This document shows, in pieces, positions 41,859-53,951 of a stretch of 64,000 nucleotides of DNA. Source of the stretch: Octopus vulgaris (taxonomy: Eukaryota); NCBI GenBank assembly GCA_951406725.2, contig OX597821.1, positions 63,984,001 through 64,048,000 on the forward strand, read 5' to 3'. The position numbers were made by a program, and so were the translations under genes. Positions within the stretch are counted from its first letter, which is position 1. Each line of letters begins with the position of its first letter. A model generated the notes under the pieces. It had not been told where the DNA came from. It was given only the letters and a program-made list of their open reading frames with translations, and made no database searches.

Positions 41859-42159
41859 TACAAGACATAGCAGCCAAATCTTTCCTTTTCTAGGGAAAGG
41901 AGCCGTTTGCGCGTGATTTCGATATCACATTCGTTGAAAACATGCGAAATAACCTGGAAAAGTTAAAAATAAAAACAAACACGAAACAAAACTCCGTTGC
42001 TGGGAAACTCTGAGTTTCCCAGCAACGGAGTTTTGTTTCGTGTTTGTTTTTATTTTTAACTTTTCCAGGTTATTTCGCATGTTTTCAACGAATGTGACAT
42101 CGAAATCACGCGCAAACGGCTCCTTTCCCTAGAAAAGGAAAGATTTGGCTGCTATGTCT

Positions 42160-42163
<4 letters not shown>
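41859..42163. repeat. Near-perfect 305-bp palindrome (152-bp arms, 1-nt centre at 42011)
   Basis: ..gctgggaaactc-t-gagtttcccagc..; one visible mismatch; ends at (TA)n. Confidence 0.95.
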
Positions 42164-42191
<28 letters not shown>

Positions 42192-42205
42192 TTAAATAGT
42201 GTACA

Positions 42206-42875
42206 TTTGAACACAAAAGAAAACTACCCTTCAACAGGTAATTTTTACATGCTAGAAATAGCAGCCAACACGGCCAAAAACCACGATTTAATAGTAATTT
42301 TCGAAGGAATTGAAAAATAAAAACTTTTACCATGTTATTTTTATTAGCGGTTATACCATGGTTTCGAATTTCTTTAGCAAATCAGATTATTTGCTATCCT
42401 TTAATAGGTAATTTAGCAAAACAATATTATCCGCCAGGAGAATTCTCTCCAGTAACCGGCCTCAATAACTAACTTATAATTCAGAGACAAGATAACACGT
42501 GTCCTGTCATTATATGTTATAATTTTCCAAAATTCCACGCGCAGGCGTATTTACAGTCGGCAATAAGTATAATACCGAGCTGAATCTTAGAGAATACAAC
42601 GAACATATTCATAAGATACATATATAGGGTAGCGAATATTCGTTATAAATATCACCACCAGTGGCCTAGCATGTATAAATAGTCAATAGATAAAATATTC
42701 ATAGTAATTTTAAACACAAAAGTAAACTACCCTTTAACAGGTAATTTGTACGTGCTAGAAATAGCAGCCAACACGGCCAAAAACCACGATTTAATAGCAA
42801 TTTTCGAAGGAATTGAAAAATAAAAACTTTTCTCTTGTTATTTTTATTAGCGGTTATACCATGGTTTCAAATTGA

Positions 42876-42916
<41 letters not shown>

Positions 42917-43155
42917 TTCATCAGAAGATTGAAAAGAAATTCTGTCATATGAAAACGCTGTAAAATTGAACTCGACAAAATATGACACTTTTCCTTAAAA
43001 ATTGTTATTAAGGTTGACGATACTGTCTCAAGATCATGCTAGAAATAGCAGCCAACACGGCCAAAAATCACGATTTAATAGCAATTTTCGAAGGAATTGA
43101 AAAATAAAACTTTTACCTTGTTATTTTTATTAGCGGTTATACCATGGTTTCGAAT

Positions 43156-43241
<86 letters not shown>

Positions 43242-43687
43242 TTCATCTGAAGATCGAAAAGAAATTCTGTCGTATGAAAACTCTGTAAAACTGGACTCGA
43301 CAAAATATGACCCTTTTCCTTAAAAATTGTTATTAAGGTTGACGATACTGTCTCATGATCATTGGTGTGCGGAAAGCTGATTCAAATTTTGTTTCCTCCT
43401 CACGACCTCCAAATCAAGTATCTGAAATTATTTTCACAACGGACAAATGAGCACACCGAGAGAAAACACCCGAAGTAAATTCCACCAAGATGTTGAAATT
43501 GAAACTATACACACACACACATATATATATACTCACACACACACATATATATACACTCACACACACACACATATATATGTATATATATATATATAACAAT
43601 TTTTAAGGAAAGATGTCATATTTTGTCGAGTTCTATTTTACAGAGTTTTCATATGACAGAATTTCTTTTCGATCTTCTGATGAAAAC
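42206..43687. repeat. Local complex duplication: module X x3, module Y x2 plus inverted Y
   Basis: X at 42206, 42708, 43036; Y at 42914, 43219; inverted Y at 43595-43687. Confidence 0.85.
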
Positions 43688-45381
43688 TTGAACAGTTTTC
43701 TGGTCAGTTTTGTCAGACATTGATTAAAAACGAATACAAAGGCCTGACTTACTGGATTTTCAATATCAAATTCAAAGAGAACACGGGTGAATTCATGAAG
43801 AATGAGATTTCACTGTCTTGAATCTTAAATCTTAAACGCTAACTCACAAGTTTCAAAGTCGAATATTTCTTAACTTATTGATAACTTACTTTCTGCTCTG
43901 TAGAACAAGTATAGCGTGTTTGAATTAAGAGTTACAGTCGGTTAAACATGACATTTGTTCAAAGGCATCACTAAATATTGTTAAATCATATCGACACAAT
44001 CTGGAAGTCTCCGTGAAGGATTTCTGCTGTTTACAATAACCTTCAATTCTTTGCAGTTTTGCTTTCCATATGTAGAAAATACCTTCCGTATCTATTTATA
44101 GTAGTAGTTTGAATTATATACAGGTGTGTGTTTGTATGGTAGCCATATTAAGATTCAAACGCACAAGCAGGTCTGTCATGTTGTGAAATGTTATGGTTTT
44201 CTGTGAAATTTCGGTTATAAAATTCACGAATGTAACGCTGATAAGAAATTAGTATTAAAAGTAAAACTGAAATAATATTAAGCTCCAACAGTGCAGTCAC
44301 TATAATGAGAATGTATGGTATTTTATCTATAATCATTTTTTTTAACAGTAATTCAAAATATTTAAAAGTTAAAACAAAAGTTGAAGTTGGTTACAGGTTT
44401 TCAAGAGCTGTAAATCTCAACCCGATACATTATGAAAACAATAGAGCAAAAAGAACCATACTATATCTATCAATTGCAGAGAAAAACGGTCAACTTTTGA
44501 AACTGAAAAGAAGATTTAAAAAATGAACTAAGGTGCTGCATCAGAAAAAGTTTAAATAATCACAATGTTCCAAGCGTGGAAAATGGATATCTGACTAAAC
44601 TTGACATGTCCTTCCATCAACACTTTTATATTAAATCTAAAACGTTACTTTTAAATTGTACTTTTATTAAGAGAGGAGACTGTTAACATCTAGTATTTTA
44701 TCATTTACTCCAGGTATAAAATTAATCCGAACTAGTGCGTTGAGGTAACAAACTTTATTAAGAGAATAAAAGAAGAATATGACTATATATATATAAATAT
44801 ATATATATAAAATTTTAATTGATTTGCTTTTCGCAGGAAGGAAAGTTTCTTGTCGAAGATACGTCCGTCGTTCACAAAAAATTCAGCGTTTGCAATACTT
44901 TTTTTCGTTCGGCGTCAACAGCCCTTCTTATCTTGTTCTCCCTGTCCTGTCTTTTACTGTTATATATATTTTTTTACTGTTTATATATATATATTTTTTT
45001 TTTTTTTTTACTGTCTATATTTTTGTACTGTCGTTACTGTCTCGTTTTTTTTTACCATTTTTTACCCCTCTGCGAAAAGATCTCAGAATTTTAATTGATT
45101 TGCTTTTCGCAGGAAGGAAAGTTTCTTGTCGAAGATACGTCTCGCTTTTATCCTTCGAAACGTAGAGTAGATGAAACCTTAGCGACTGAAGAAGGGGTTT
45201 TTTCGTTGTTTTGTTGTTTTTAAAAAAATGTCCTGTTCCTTTGGTTTGTGTCTATGTTTTCGTTTCTCTATGTGTTCGACGTCCCTTTGGTGTCCTGTAC
45301 TCATATATGCGTGTATATGTACATGTAGAGGTAGGTACGTACATATATGTTTATATATACGCATATGTTTTATTTCTTTTA

Positions 45382-45431
<50 letters not shown>

Positions 45432-45922
45432 AGCAGCGAAGTCCAGCATGACGTTGTTTTCTTTGTCCTATTCTGTATATATTCTCTTGTCTATAAACAT
45501 GTTTACATTTAATATATAAAAGTGCATACTTCAAACAGTATCGCTTTTCTAATAAAATATAGCTAAAAGATTTAATATGAAATATATTAAACATGAAATA
45601 TAATATATCATTCCGATGGTGGATGGTGGTAGACATATGTCGAATGTAGCCACAATGTATTTGTAGTTGATTTACGTGACGGACAAAGGAAAGTAGGCGG
45701 TGAAAATTAGCAAAGCAATTTGACCAGTAAAAAAAAAAAAAACATGTTCTTCGGTTTCTGTCAATCTATTCATGTTTTTATATTTTTCAAATTCTAAATT
45801 CTTTCATTTAGAAATGAATCGCACAGAAAAGCATGCAGGCTCGTGCACATACACACACAGAGAAGTATATATATATATATATATATAATATAATTCGAGA
45901 CAAAACCACTATTTTAAAACCA

Positions 45923-45964
<42 letters not shown>

Positions 45965-46028
45965 AATGGCGGTGCCCCAGCATGGCCACAGCTCATTAGC
46001 TGAAACTGGAAAATCAAAATCAAAATCA

Positions 46029-46060
<32 letters not shown>

Positions 46061-46250
46061 TATATATATCCGCTGGGTTGAAAATGAAATTACTGCAATG
46101 ATTAACGCTTGGTTCATCCATCACAACGAAGCTAATGTTTATAGCAAAATAACTGAGGATTTAACGAAAAAATCCTTTCACAGATCTGTAAAACAGATAG
46201 AAAATAAATTAAAAGAAATTGTTAGGATATTCCCTATTTTTCACGCGCAC

Positions 46251-47321
46251 ATGGCTACACTAAAAGCCATTCTTGCCAACGAATCCAGTACAACAAATGA
46301 CCAAATCCCAACAGGTCAGTGGTCACTTCAACAGCAACAATCAACTGACCTACTTCCATTGACAACAGCACCTGATGAACCAAGTCAAGTCTCACCTTCG
46401 CTACAACAACAAAAACAACAACAACAACACTCTAATACTACCACTAGTCAAGTTCCAATGCTGCTACAACTCCCCACTACTGTCACAATAGGAAAACCAC
46501 TACTACATCCGCGTAAAACCATCTGCCACTACTACTCTCAAGGCAGCTGCAGATTTGACCACATACTGGCAAGCCAGAACCTACCATCACAAAATCAACA
46601 AGCTGCTTCTAACACCACCACCACCACCACCACCACTACTACTACTGCCAAAATAGAAAAACCACTACTACAACCAAATAAAACCCCCTGCCGTTACTAT
46701 TCTAAAGGCACTTGTAGATTTGGCCCCAGCGGCACAAACAAAAATGGACGCTGTGCTTTTCCCCACCCGACCTTATGTCGTAGACTTGCTATGGGCACCT
46801 GTCCATACGGTATAACAGGAAAAAATTGCCCCCACCTCCACCCCAAATACTGTCCTAAATACAGAATCTATGGTTCTGACCCTAAATACGGATGCATAAG
46901 AGGCAATGGATGCACCTTATTCCATCCTAAACTGTGCCAAACTTCTGTCTCACAAAGGATGTGTCTGAACCCAGAATGCAACAACCACCATCTGAAGGGC
47001 ACAAAACGATCACAGAATAGATATGAACAGGAACAGAGGAAATTTAGGACAACAACAAGAACAAAATACAACCACGTTTCCCCTCCTACAATCAAACTAC
47101 GTAGACAGAACCAGGAAAAAACACCAAATAACGCCAACTTGAAATATGTATCCTCTGACCAAGTGGCAAACCAAACAAGTAACTCTTTTTTACTGACATA
47201 CCTGGAAAATATGAAGGCCGACCTAAGCCAGGAGATCCAGCGAGCCATCACCAACCATCTATGCAAATCACAAGGACCACTCACCCATTACCAACTTCCC
47301 TTACCTCGACATTCCTGTTAA
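46251..47321 (+). CDS. LINE ORF1 with tandem CCCH-type zinc fingers
   Basis: CRYYSKGTC..CAFPH, CRRLAMGTC..CPHLH, CPKY..C..CTLFH, CQTS..C..CNNHH. Likely start MATLKA; the track's earlier start lies in a SINE tail and microsatellite. Confidence 0.8.
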   Translation: MATLKAILANESSTTNDQIPTGQWSLQQQQSTDLLPLTTAPDEPSQVSPSLQQQKQQQQHSNTTTSQVPMLLQLPTTVTIGKPLLHPRKTICHYYSQGSCRFDHILASQNLPSQNQQAASNTTTTTTTTTTTAKIEKPLLQPNKTPCRYYSKGTCRFGPSGTNKNGRCAFPHPTLCRRLAMGTCPYGITGKNCPHLHPKYCPKYRIYGSDPKYGCIRGNGCTLFHPKLCQTSVSQRMCLNPECNNHHLKGTKRSQNRYEQEQRKFRTTTRTKYNHVSPPTIKLRRQNQEKTPNNANLKYVSSDQVANQTSNSFLLTYLENMKADLSQEIQRAITNHLCKSQGPLTHYQLPLPRHSC

Positions 47322-49387
47322 ATGTACGTGGGATCAACCCATCAATTATTGCCCCAAAATGGAAGATCCCATATATAGAGAGTTGGCTTGCCGAAATGGC
47401 ACATTGCTTCCCTTTCTTTATCCTTACCGAGACTCACCTGAACAACACCCATATGGACGCAGAGGTGAAAATAAAAGATTTCACCATTGTTCGTGCGGAT
47501 CGCACAGACCGAAATAAGGGAGGGACAGCCATCTTTATCCATGACTCCTTTTCACTTGATGCCAAGGACACATTTTCCAATGGCTACTGTGAATCGGTAT
47601 CAGTATACAACAAAGCCAAGGACATAACCATTGTTGGTCTTTACAGGCCTCCCCAGGCACCTCTAAAGTACTTTGAAGAGTGCCTTAGCAAAGTCAAGTC
47701 CTTCCTTCGGAAGTACCACTCCGGAAACATAATAGTGATGGGTGATTTTAACCTCCCTCATGTGAACTGGCCCACAAATACTCCGAAGTTAGGCAAGTGC
47801 TCTACATCAGATAGGGCAGCAGCAGAACTGCTCTTTAATCTGATGGATGAGTATTTCCTGACTCAGCTAGTGCTTGAACCAACGAGACAGAATAAAACGA
47901 TCTTGGATCTGGTACTGACCAATCACTCTAGCTACGTTCACATCATTTCAGTTGAAAAAACTCTCCTCTCAGACCACGACATGGTACTCTGCAATCTTAA
48001 TTCCCGACGTATAAAAACCAAACCAGCCAATCCCACTCCATGGCACCCATTTGACAACATAAATTTCCACAAAGCGGACTGGGGAACAATCAGAAAGGAT
48101 CTGTCTTCCATCGACTGGTCTTTTACTCTCAATTCCCCTCATATTGAGACCGCGTGGCAGCACTTTGAAACCATTGTCACCGACACATGCTCTAAACACG
48201 CTCCCAAGAAATCTACTAACACAAACAGAAACCGGCTCCCTAAAAAGAAAAAAACACTCATCAGGCGCATCAAAAGACTCAACAAAAAAATCAACCAATT
48301 AAAATATTCCCACACGCAACATCCACATTCAACAACAATGAAAAGACTAGAGCTGGAAAAACTTCATCTGCAGACTAACATGAAAACCTCCATTGAAAAT
48401 CAAAGAGCTGTGGAGGAACAATGGGTAATCAAAAACATCAAACAGAACCCAAAAGTGTTCTATTCTTATGCAAATAAGCATAGAACCACTGTCTCACCTA
48501 TTGGGCCATTGATTGATGAAAACGGCATTCCCCAACACGATGCTAAAGAAATGGCAGAAATACTGCAGAAACAATATTGCTCTGTCTTCAGTGTTCCCAC
48601 TGATATTGATGTGAGGGAAACGAACGAAGCTGACTCCCAACACAAAATCGCAGACATAACCTTCACTGCCACCGACATCGTAGCAGCAATAAATGAGGTC
48701 AAACATTACTCCGCTGTAGGCCCTGATAGATTTCCCGCCAGTCTCCTGAAGGAATGTAGATATCAACTTGCAGTCCCTCTGACCAACCTCTGGAGAAACT
48801 CGTTAGACGCAGGTTATATACCGAATAAGTTTCTATCCCAGTCGGTCATCCCGGTTTTCAAACAGGGAAACAGATCCCTCGCAGTCAACTATCGCCCAAT
48901 CTCACTCACCTCCCACATCATTAAAGTGTTTGAAAGAGTGTTAAGATCAAGGATAGCTGACTTCCTGGAGACCCACAAACTCCTAAATTCAAATCAACAT
49001 GGCTTTCGCTGTGGCAGGGACTGTCTAACACAGCTCTTACACCACATTGAAGATGTACTCAAAGCCTTGGGAACAGGTTCGAACTCTGACGTCATATACC
49101 TTGACTTCAGTAAAGCGTTCGACAGGGTAGACCATAACATCCTACTCTCAAAATTGGCAAATGTTGGAATCCGTGGAAAAGTTCTACACTGGGTTCAGTA
49201 TTTCCTAGCGAATAGAACACAACATGTTGTAGTTGATGGAGTCCACTCAAACCCAGCAAAAGTCACCAGCGGTGTTCCCCAGGGAACTGTTTTGGGTCCG
49301 CTACTCTTCATAATTTATGTAAACGACCTTTCCAGTGTCCTACATCACAATTGGATACAACTCACCCAACAAGAACTCACTACTTGA
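47261..49387 (+). CDS. LINE ORF2: AP endonuclease + truncated reverse transcriptase
   Basis: LNVRG, ETHL, YRPP, GDFN, LDLVL, SDHD; YRPISLTS, QHGFR, YLDFSKAFDRV, SGVPQGTVLGPLLF. Confidence 0.95.
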   Translation: MQITRTTHPLPTSLTSTFLLNVRGINPSIIAPKWKIPYIESWLAEMAHCFPFFILTETHLNNTHMDAEVKIKDFTIVRADRTDRNKGGTAIFIHDSFSLDAKDTFSNGYCESVSVYNKAKDITIVGLYRPPQAPLKYFEECLSKVKSFLRKYHSGNIIVMGDFNLPHVNWPTNTPKLGKCSTSDRAAAELLFNLMDEYFLTQLVLEPTRQNKTILDLVLTNHSSYVHIISVEKTLLSDHDMVLCNLNSRRIKTKPANPTPWHPFDNINFHKADWGTIRKDLSSIDWSFTLNSPHIETAWQHFETIVTDTCSKHAPKKSTNTNRNRLPKKKKTLIRRIKRLNKKINQLKYSHTQHPHSTTMKRLELEKLHLQTNMKTSIENQRAVEEQWVIKNIKQNPKVFYSYANKHRTTVSPIGPLIDENGIPQHDAKEMAEILQKQYCSVFSVPTDIDVRETNEADSQHKIADITFTATDIVAAINEVKHYSAVGPDRFPASLLKECRYQLAVPLTNLWRNSLDAGYIPNKFLSQSVIPVFKQGNRSLAVNYRPISLTSHIIKVFERVLRSRIADFLETHKLLNSNQHGFRCGRDCLTQLLHHIEDVLKALGTGSNSDVIYLDFSKAFDRVDHNILLSKLANVGIRGKVLHWVQYFLANRTQHVVVDGVHSNPAKVTSGVPQGTVLGPLLFIIYVNDLSSVLHHNWIQLTQQELTT

Positions 49388-49664
49388 ACAAAACTTGACT
49401 TAAACAGGATTCGAATAATCCTATCAGGTGGTGCTATTAAGTTAGACATGGCCTGGACCAATCTCTGGTCGAAACATATCTAAGTTTTATCTAAGTTTTT
49501 ATATATATATATAAAATAATACATATATAAATTAATATATAATATATAATATATATATATATGATATACATAATATATATAATATAATATATATATGATA
49601 TATATAATGTATATATATAATATACATAATATTGATATATAATATTTATAATATTTATATATAA

Positions 49665-49700
<36 letters not shown>

Positions 49701-50093
49701 CATATACGTATGTATATACATATAAATACATAAACACACACACACACATATATTAAAATGGAAACATGACGTACATATATATCTACATACATTCATATAT
49801 TCATACACATATACAAACAGAAGTACGTACATGTGTATATGTATGTATATAGGAATCAATAAACATAATGAAGAAACTAGACCCTGAAGGTAGATAATGA
49901 GTTCATTAAGAACGAAAGTATACATGAAACACTTATATGGAAGCAAATTAAAATTGATAAGCCAAAAATTGCCAGCAAACATCTTTGAATTTAATCTTAT
50001 AAAACTGCGACGGTATCTCGGTAATGCTACATACTTTTACATATAAATATACCAGTGCTTATGGGTTTGAGGGTTTGTCAGTTTGCGTGTGTG

Positions 50094-50197
<104 letters not shown>

Positions 50198-50225
50198 AGA
50201 TAGATAGACTGATAGACAGACAGAC

Positions 50226-50302
<77 letters not shown>

Positions 50303-50342
50303 CATCTGTAAATATAATATGTGATAATTATTCGGTAGCCAT

Positions 50343-50402
50343 GATAAAACTCCGAGTTCGGATTTCGAGGCAGAAACCCACGCCGCTATCTCTTCAGTTA
50401 TC
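50343..50402 (-). ncRNA. Hammerhead-like motif, partly decayed
   Basis: gataa-CTGAAGA-gatag..ctgcctc-GAAA-tccg(aact)cgga-gTT-ttatc on minus. Confidence 0.5.
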
Positions 50403-50429
50403 GGGCCATCGAAAAAATGCTATGAAAAT

Positions 50430-51605
50430 TAGGGATCCTGCTACCCTTCATTCTAATAAGGTGACCAGTCCAACGTAACCGGTGCTTGTGCACCATCGCC
50501 TCAATACTCAAGATATCACTTGTCCTTAGGACCTGTGTGTCTGGAGTTTTTAAGGTCCAGTCAAGATTCAGAATATGTCTGTGACATCTCTGATGAAAGC
50601 GTTCGAGGCCCCTTACATGGCGTTTGTGAAGGGTCGATGTATCACTTGAGTAAAGGAGTGATGTCAGTACAAATACACGGTACACAGCAATTTTGGTTTG
50701 CTCTGTGATGCCATGCTGGGTCTAGACACGAGACTGAAGACACCGGAATGACTCAGTTGCTTTCTGCAGACTGAAAGATATTTCATCATCCAGGGACCAA
50801 GAACGGCTGAGTCAGCTGCTCAGGTAGTCACATTTGTCTACCACTTTCAGAATTGTTCCTTCAACCGAGATAGCTGGTTTCAGATATGGATTTCCTAGTA
50901 TAAACTTAAACATTGCAACAGTCTTGTCCAGGCTAATGCTGAGTCCAAATGTCTTGCAAGAAGCAGAAATACGATTCATAAGTATTTGTATGTCATCCAC
51001 TGTATGAGAGACTGAGTCACAGTCATATGCATAAAAGAGATCACGAATAAGAGATTGTAAAACTTTTGAATTGGCGGCAAATCTGGCGTAGATTAAAGCG
51101 GCAGCCAGAAGATCAATACCTGACATATTTTCTCAGAGAGCTAAAATTAGCAAAAGCAGGAGTAAAAGCAGCAGCAAAAAACCAAGGAAATAGAGTTCGG
51201 GCAAGGATGTTACCTTGCTTGACACCGTTCCCTAGAGGAACGGGTCCCGCCATGCCACCAACAACATTGACCGAAGGCTGCGATTTAAGGACTGTGTCAA
51301 GTCCTCATGAAAGGCTTGTGATATGCAGGAGGCTCACTGGAAGAGCAATGCCTGTCATCTCCACAGATGGAGAAATCAGGTTAAAGAGGGGCCGACACTT
51401 TCGAGAGAGCATATATTCTGCAAGAAGAACTTAATCGTGCTGCTCGAAAGCGCACTGTTGGTGTTGTGAATGGCGAAAGACTGGTTAAGAGTAGAGATCA
51501 TTATCTACTAACGGAGAAGCAAATGCAAAATATAAGTTAGCCCTAGAGAGCACAATGTTCCTGCGGGTCAGCAATGGTCTTCCTCGGTCACAAGCGGACG
51601 GCTAT
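50430..51605 (-). mobile_element. RTE-clade LINE remnant (RT C-terminal half, probable 5' UTR, large internal deletion)
   Basis: VKQG, LFYAYD (YADD), GLSISLDKT, LERFHQRCHRHIL, LRWTGHLIRM. Confidence 0.85.
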
Positions 51606-51608
51606 CAT

Positions 51609-51640
<32 letters not shown>

Positions 51641-51644
51641 CAAA

Positions 51645-51675
<31 letters not shown>

Positions 51676-51696
51676 TAGTCATCCATATATACATAA

Positions 51697-51739
<43 letters not shown>

Positions 51740-52071
51740 TACATATATATACATACATAAAGATGCACATACATATATATACATATATACATAGGTTTCA
51801 AACTGAGGCACAAGGCCAGCAATTTCGGGAAAATGAAATTGTCGATGACATCGACCTCAGTGTTCGACTGGTACTTACTTTATCGACCCCTAAAGGATAA
51901 AAAGCAAAGTCGACGTCGGCGGAATTTGAATTCAGAACGTGAAGACGGACGGAATGTCGCAAAGTATTTTTCACGACATGCTAATAATTCTGCCTACTCG
52001 CAATCTGTGTGTGTGCGTGCGTGCGTTTGTGTTCGTGTGTGTTCGTGTGTACATATGTTTATATATATATA

Positions 52072-52665
52072 CAGGAGTTGGACAAAATAATGGAAGTACC
52101 TTAAAATTTCAAACAAATTTATTTTGATATGGAGTAGAACCCCTTTGGCAGTAATTACAGCTTCAATTCTAAGAGGCATGGGCTCGTACAAAGTTTGAAT
52201 TGTTTCCAAAGGAATTTTTGTCCATTCTTCAGCTAAAACAGTCTCCATTTCTTGTACTGATGAAGGTGGAGGATATCGAATCATCCTTACTTGGTTCTTC
52301 TAAAATGCACCATAAATGTTCAATATTGTTGAGATCTTGGAACTGTGGTGGCCAGATAAGATGTTCGACTTCACTATAATGTTCCTCGTGCCATTCAGTA
52401 ACAACTTTAGCTGTGTAAATTAGTGCATTATCATCCTGAAAGATTGTTTTTCCCTCACGAAACGGTTCCGCAACTATAGGATAAATTTAATCAGATAAAA
52501 TGCTTAAATAGACTTGACTATTAATTCTGCCATGAAGGGAAACCTTTGGGCCGGCGGATTTCCAAGTTGTAGCCGCCCAGCTCATCACAGATCCTCCTCC
52601 ATGTTTAACAGTTGGAAGAAGGCAGTCTGGGTCAAATGCTTCTTTCGGGTGTCTCTATACGTAGG
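52072..52665 (-). mobile_element. Tc1-family transposon 3' fragment
   Basis: QDDNA, WPPQFQDLNNIEHLW, RIEAVITAKG; end TA-CAGGAGTTGGACAAAATAATGGAA. Confidence 0.85.
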
Positions 52666-52739
52666 ATTTAGCAATTCTTATTTTCGGTGTATTATCAATA
52701 TCATTCTTATTATTGATGTTGTTGTAGTTATTATTTGTA

Positions 52740-53170
52740 AGATAGCGAACTGGAAGAACCGGTGCCAGGCCAGGCACAATGCTAAGCAGTATTTCGTTCG
52801 TCTTTATGTTCTGGGTTTAAATTTCGCCGAGTTCGACTTTGCCTTTCATCCTCTCGGATTCAATGAAAATACCTACAAGCTAAACACCGGGTCGTTCTTA
52901 TCAGTGTACTCTCTCTGACATTGTGTCAAAATTTGAAACCACTGTCATTGCAAGACAGGCGGCAAGCTGACAGATTCGCTAGCACGATGGGAACAATGCT
53001 TAGCAGCATTTCGCCTGTCTCTATGTTCTGAGTTCAAATTCCACCGGGCTAAACCTTGCCTTTCACACTTTCGGGTTTGATAAAATAAAGAACAGCTGAG
53101 GACACGGCTCGATGCAATCGGCTTATACTCCCCAACAAAATTTCTGGCCTTATATTTAAATTTGAAAGCA
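52740..53170 (+). mobile_element. SINE family 2, two tandem diverged copies
   Basis: Match to family. Confidence 0.8.
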
Positions 53171-53535
53171 TTATCATGATATCATATTATAATATTTTAT
53201 ATTATATTATAGTATATTATATTATATTATAACATAATATTTCTACATACACTATTCGTTTAAATAAGGAACAGCTTTGCTTTCAAATATATAATGATGC
53301 AAAAAGTCGTTTATTTTCGAGTTTGATATTTTTTTAATGATTTATCATATTTGGAGTTTGATATTTGCTTATTCATTCTTCATGATTTAGTTGGAAGTAG
53401 TATTGTTCTCAAATACATTATTCCATATCGTACAAACATATATGTATATACATATACACATGCACAGACTGCACACTGTGCAAATATCACTTTGGAAAGG
53501 TTAGGAATGTATGTATGTTTACATTTATATATATA

Positions 53536-53604
<69 letters not shown>

Positions 53605-53758
53605 ATATATATATGAGCATATATATATATGCATATATATATATATATGCATGTTACACAAATACACACACACACGCACATATATACGCATACATACTTT
53701 TCTGTGATATAGAATATACAAATATATCTATAATTATCTATCTATATGTGTGTGTGAG

Positions 53759-53792
<34 letters not shown>

Positions 53793-53913
53793 CAGAGAGA
53801 GACAGACAGACATAGATAAATATATATAAACACTCTCACACATATACATATAAATGCATATTTATATATATATATATTTATATATGTATGCGTATATGTA
53901 TATATGTACACGT

Positions 53914-53951
<38 letters not shown>

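Larger units (their letters stand above)
46070..49500 (+). mobile_element. CR1-group non-LTR retrotransposon (ORF1 + APE-RT), RT C-terminus internally deleted
   Basis: Two overlapping ORFs. RT breaks off before the YADD motif. A stem-loop (gacc-aatctct-ggtc) and (ATCTAAGTTTT)2 precede (TA)n. Confidence 0.9.

Noticed and set aside
43595-43700. CTGATGA in inverted module Y as a hammerhead
   Set aside because: No correctly placed GAAA, stem III or stem I
43745-44090. Possible minus-strand exons ending at gtaagt donors (43752, 43889)
   Set aside because: No consistent acceptor and open-frame pair, and no recognisable peptide
49445-49485. gacc..ggtc-GAAA as a hammerhead
   Set aside because: No CUGANGA-like core upstream; better explained as a LINE 3' stem-loop
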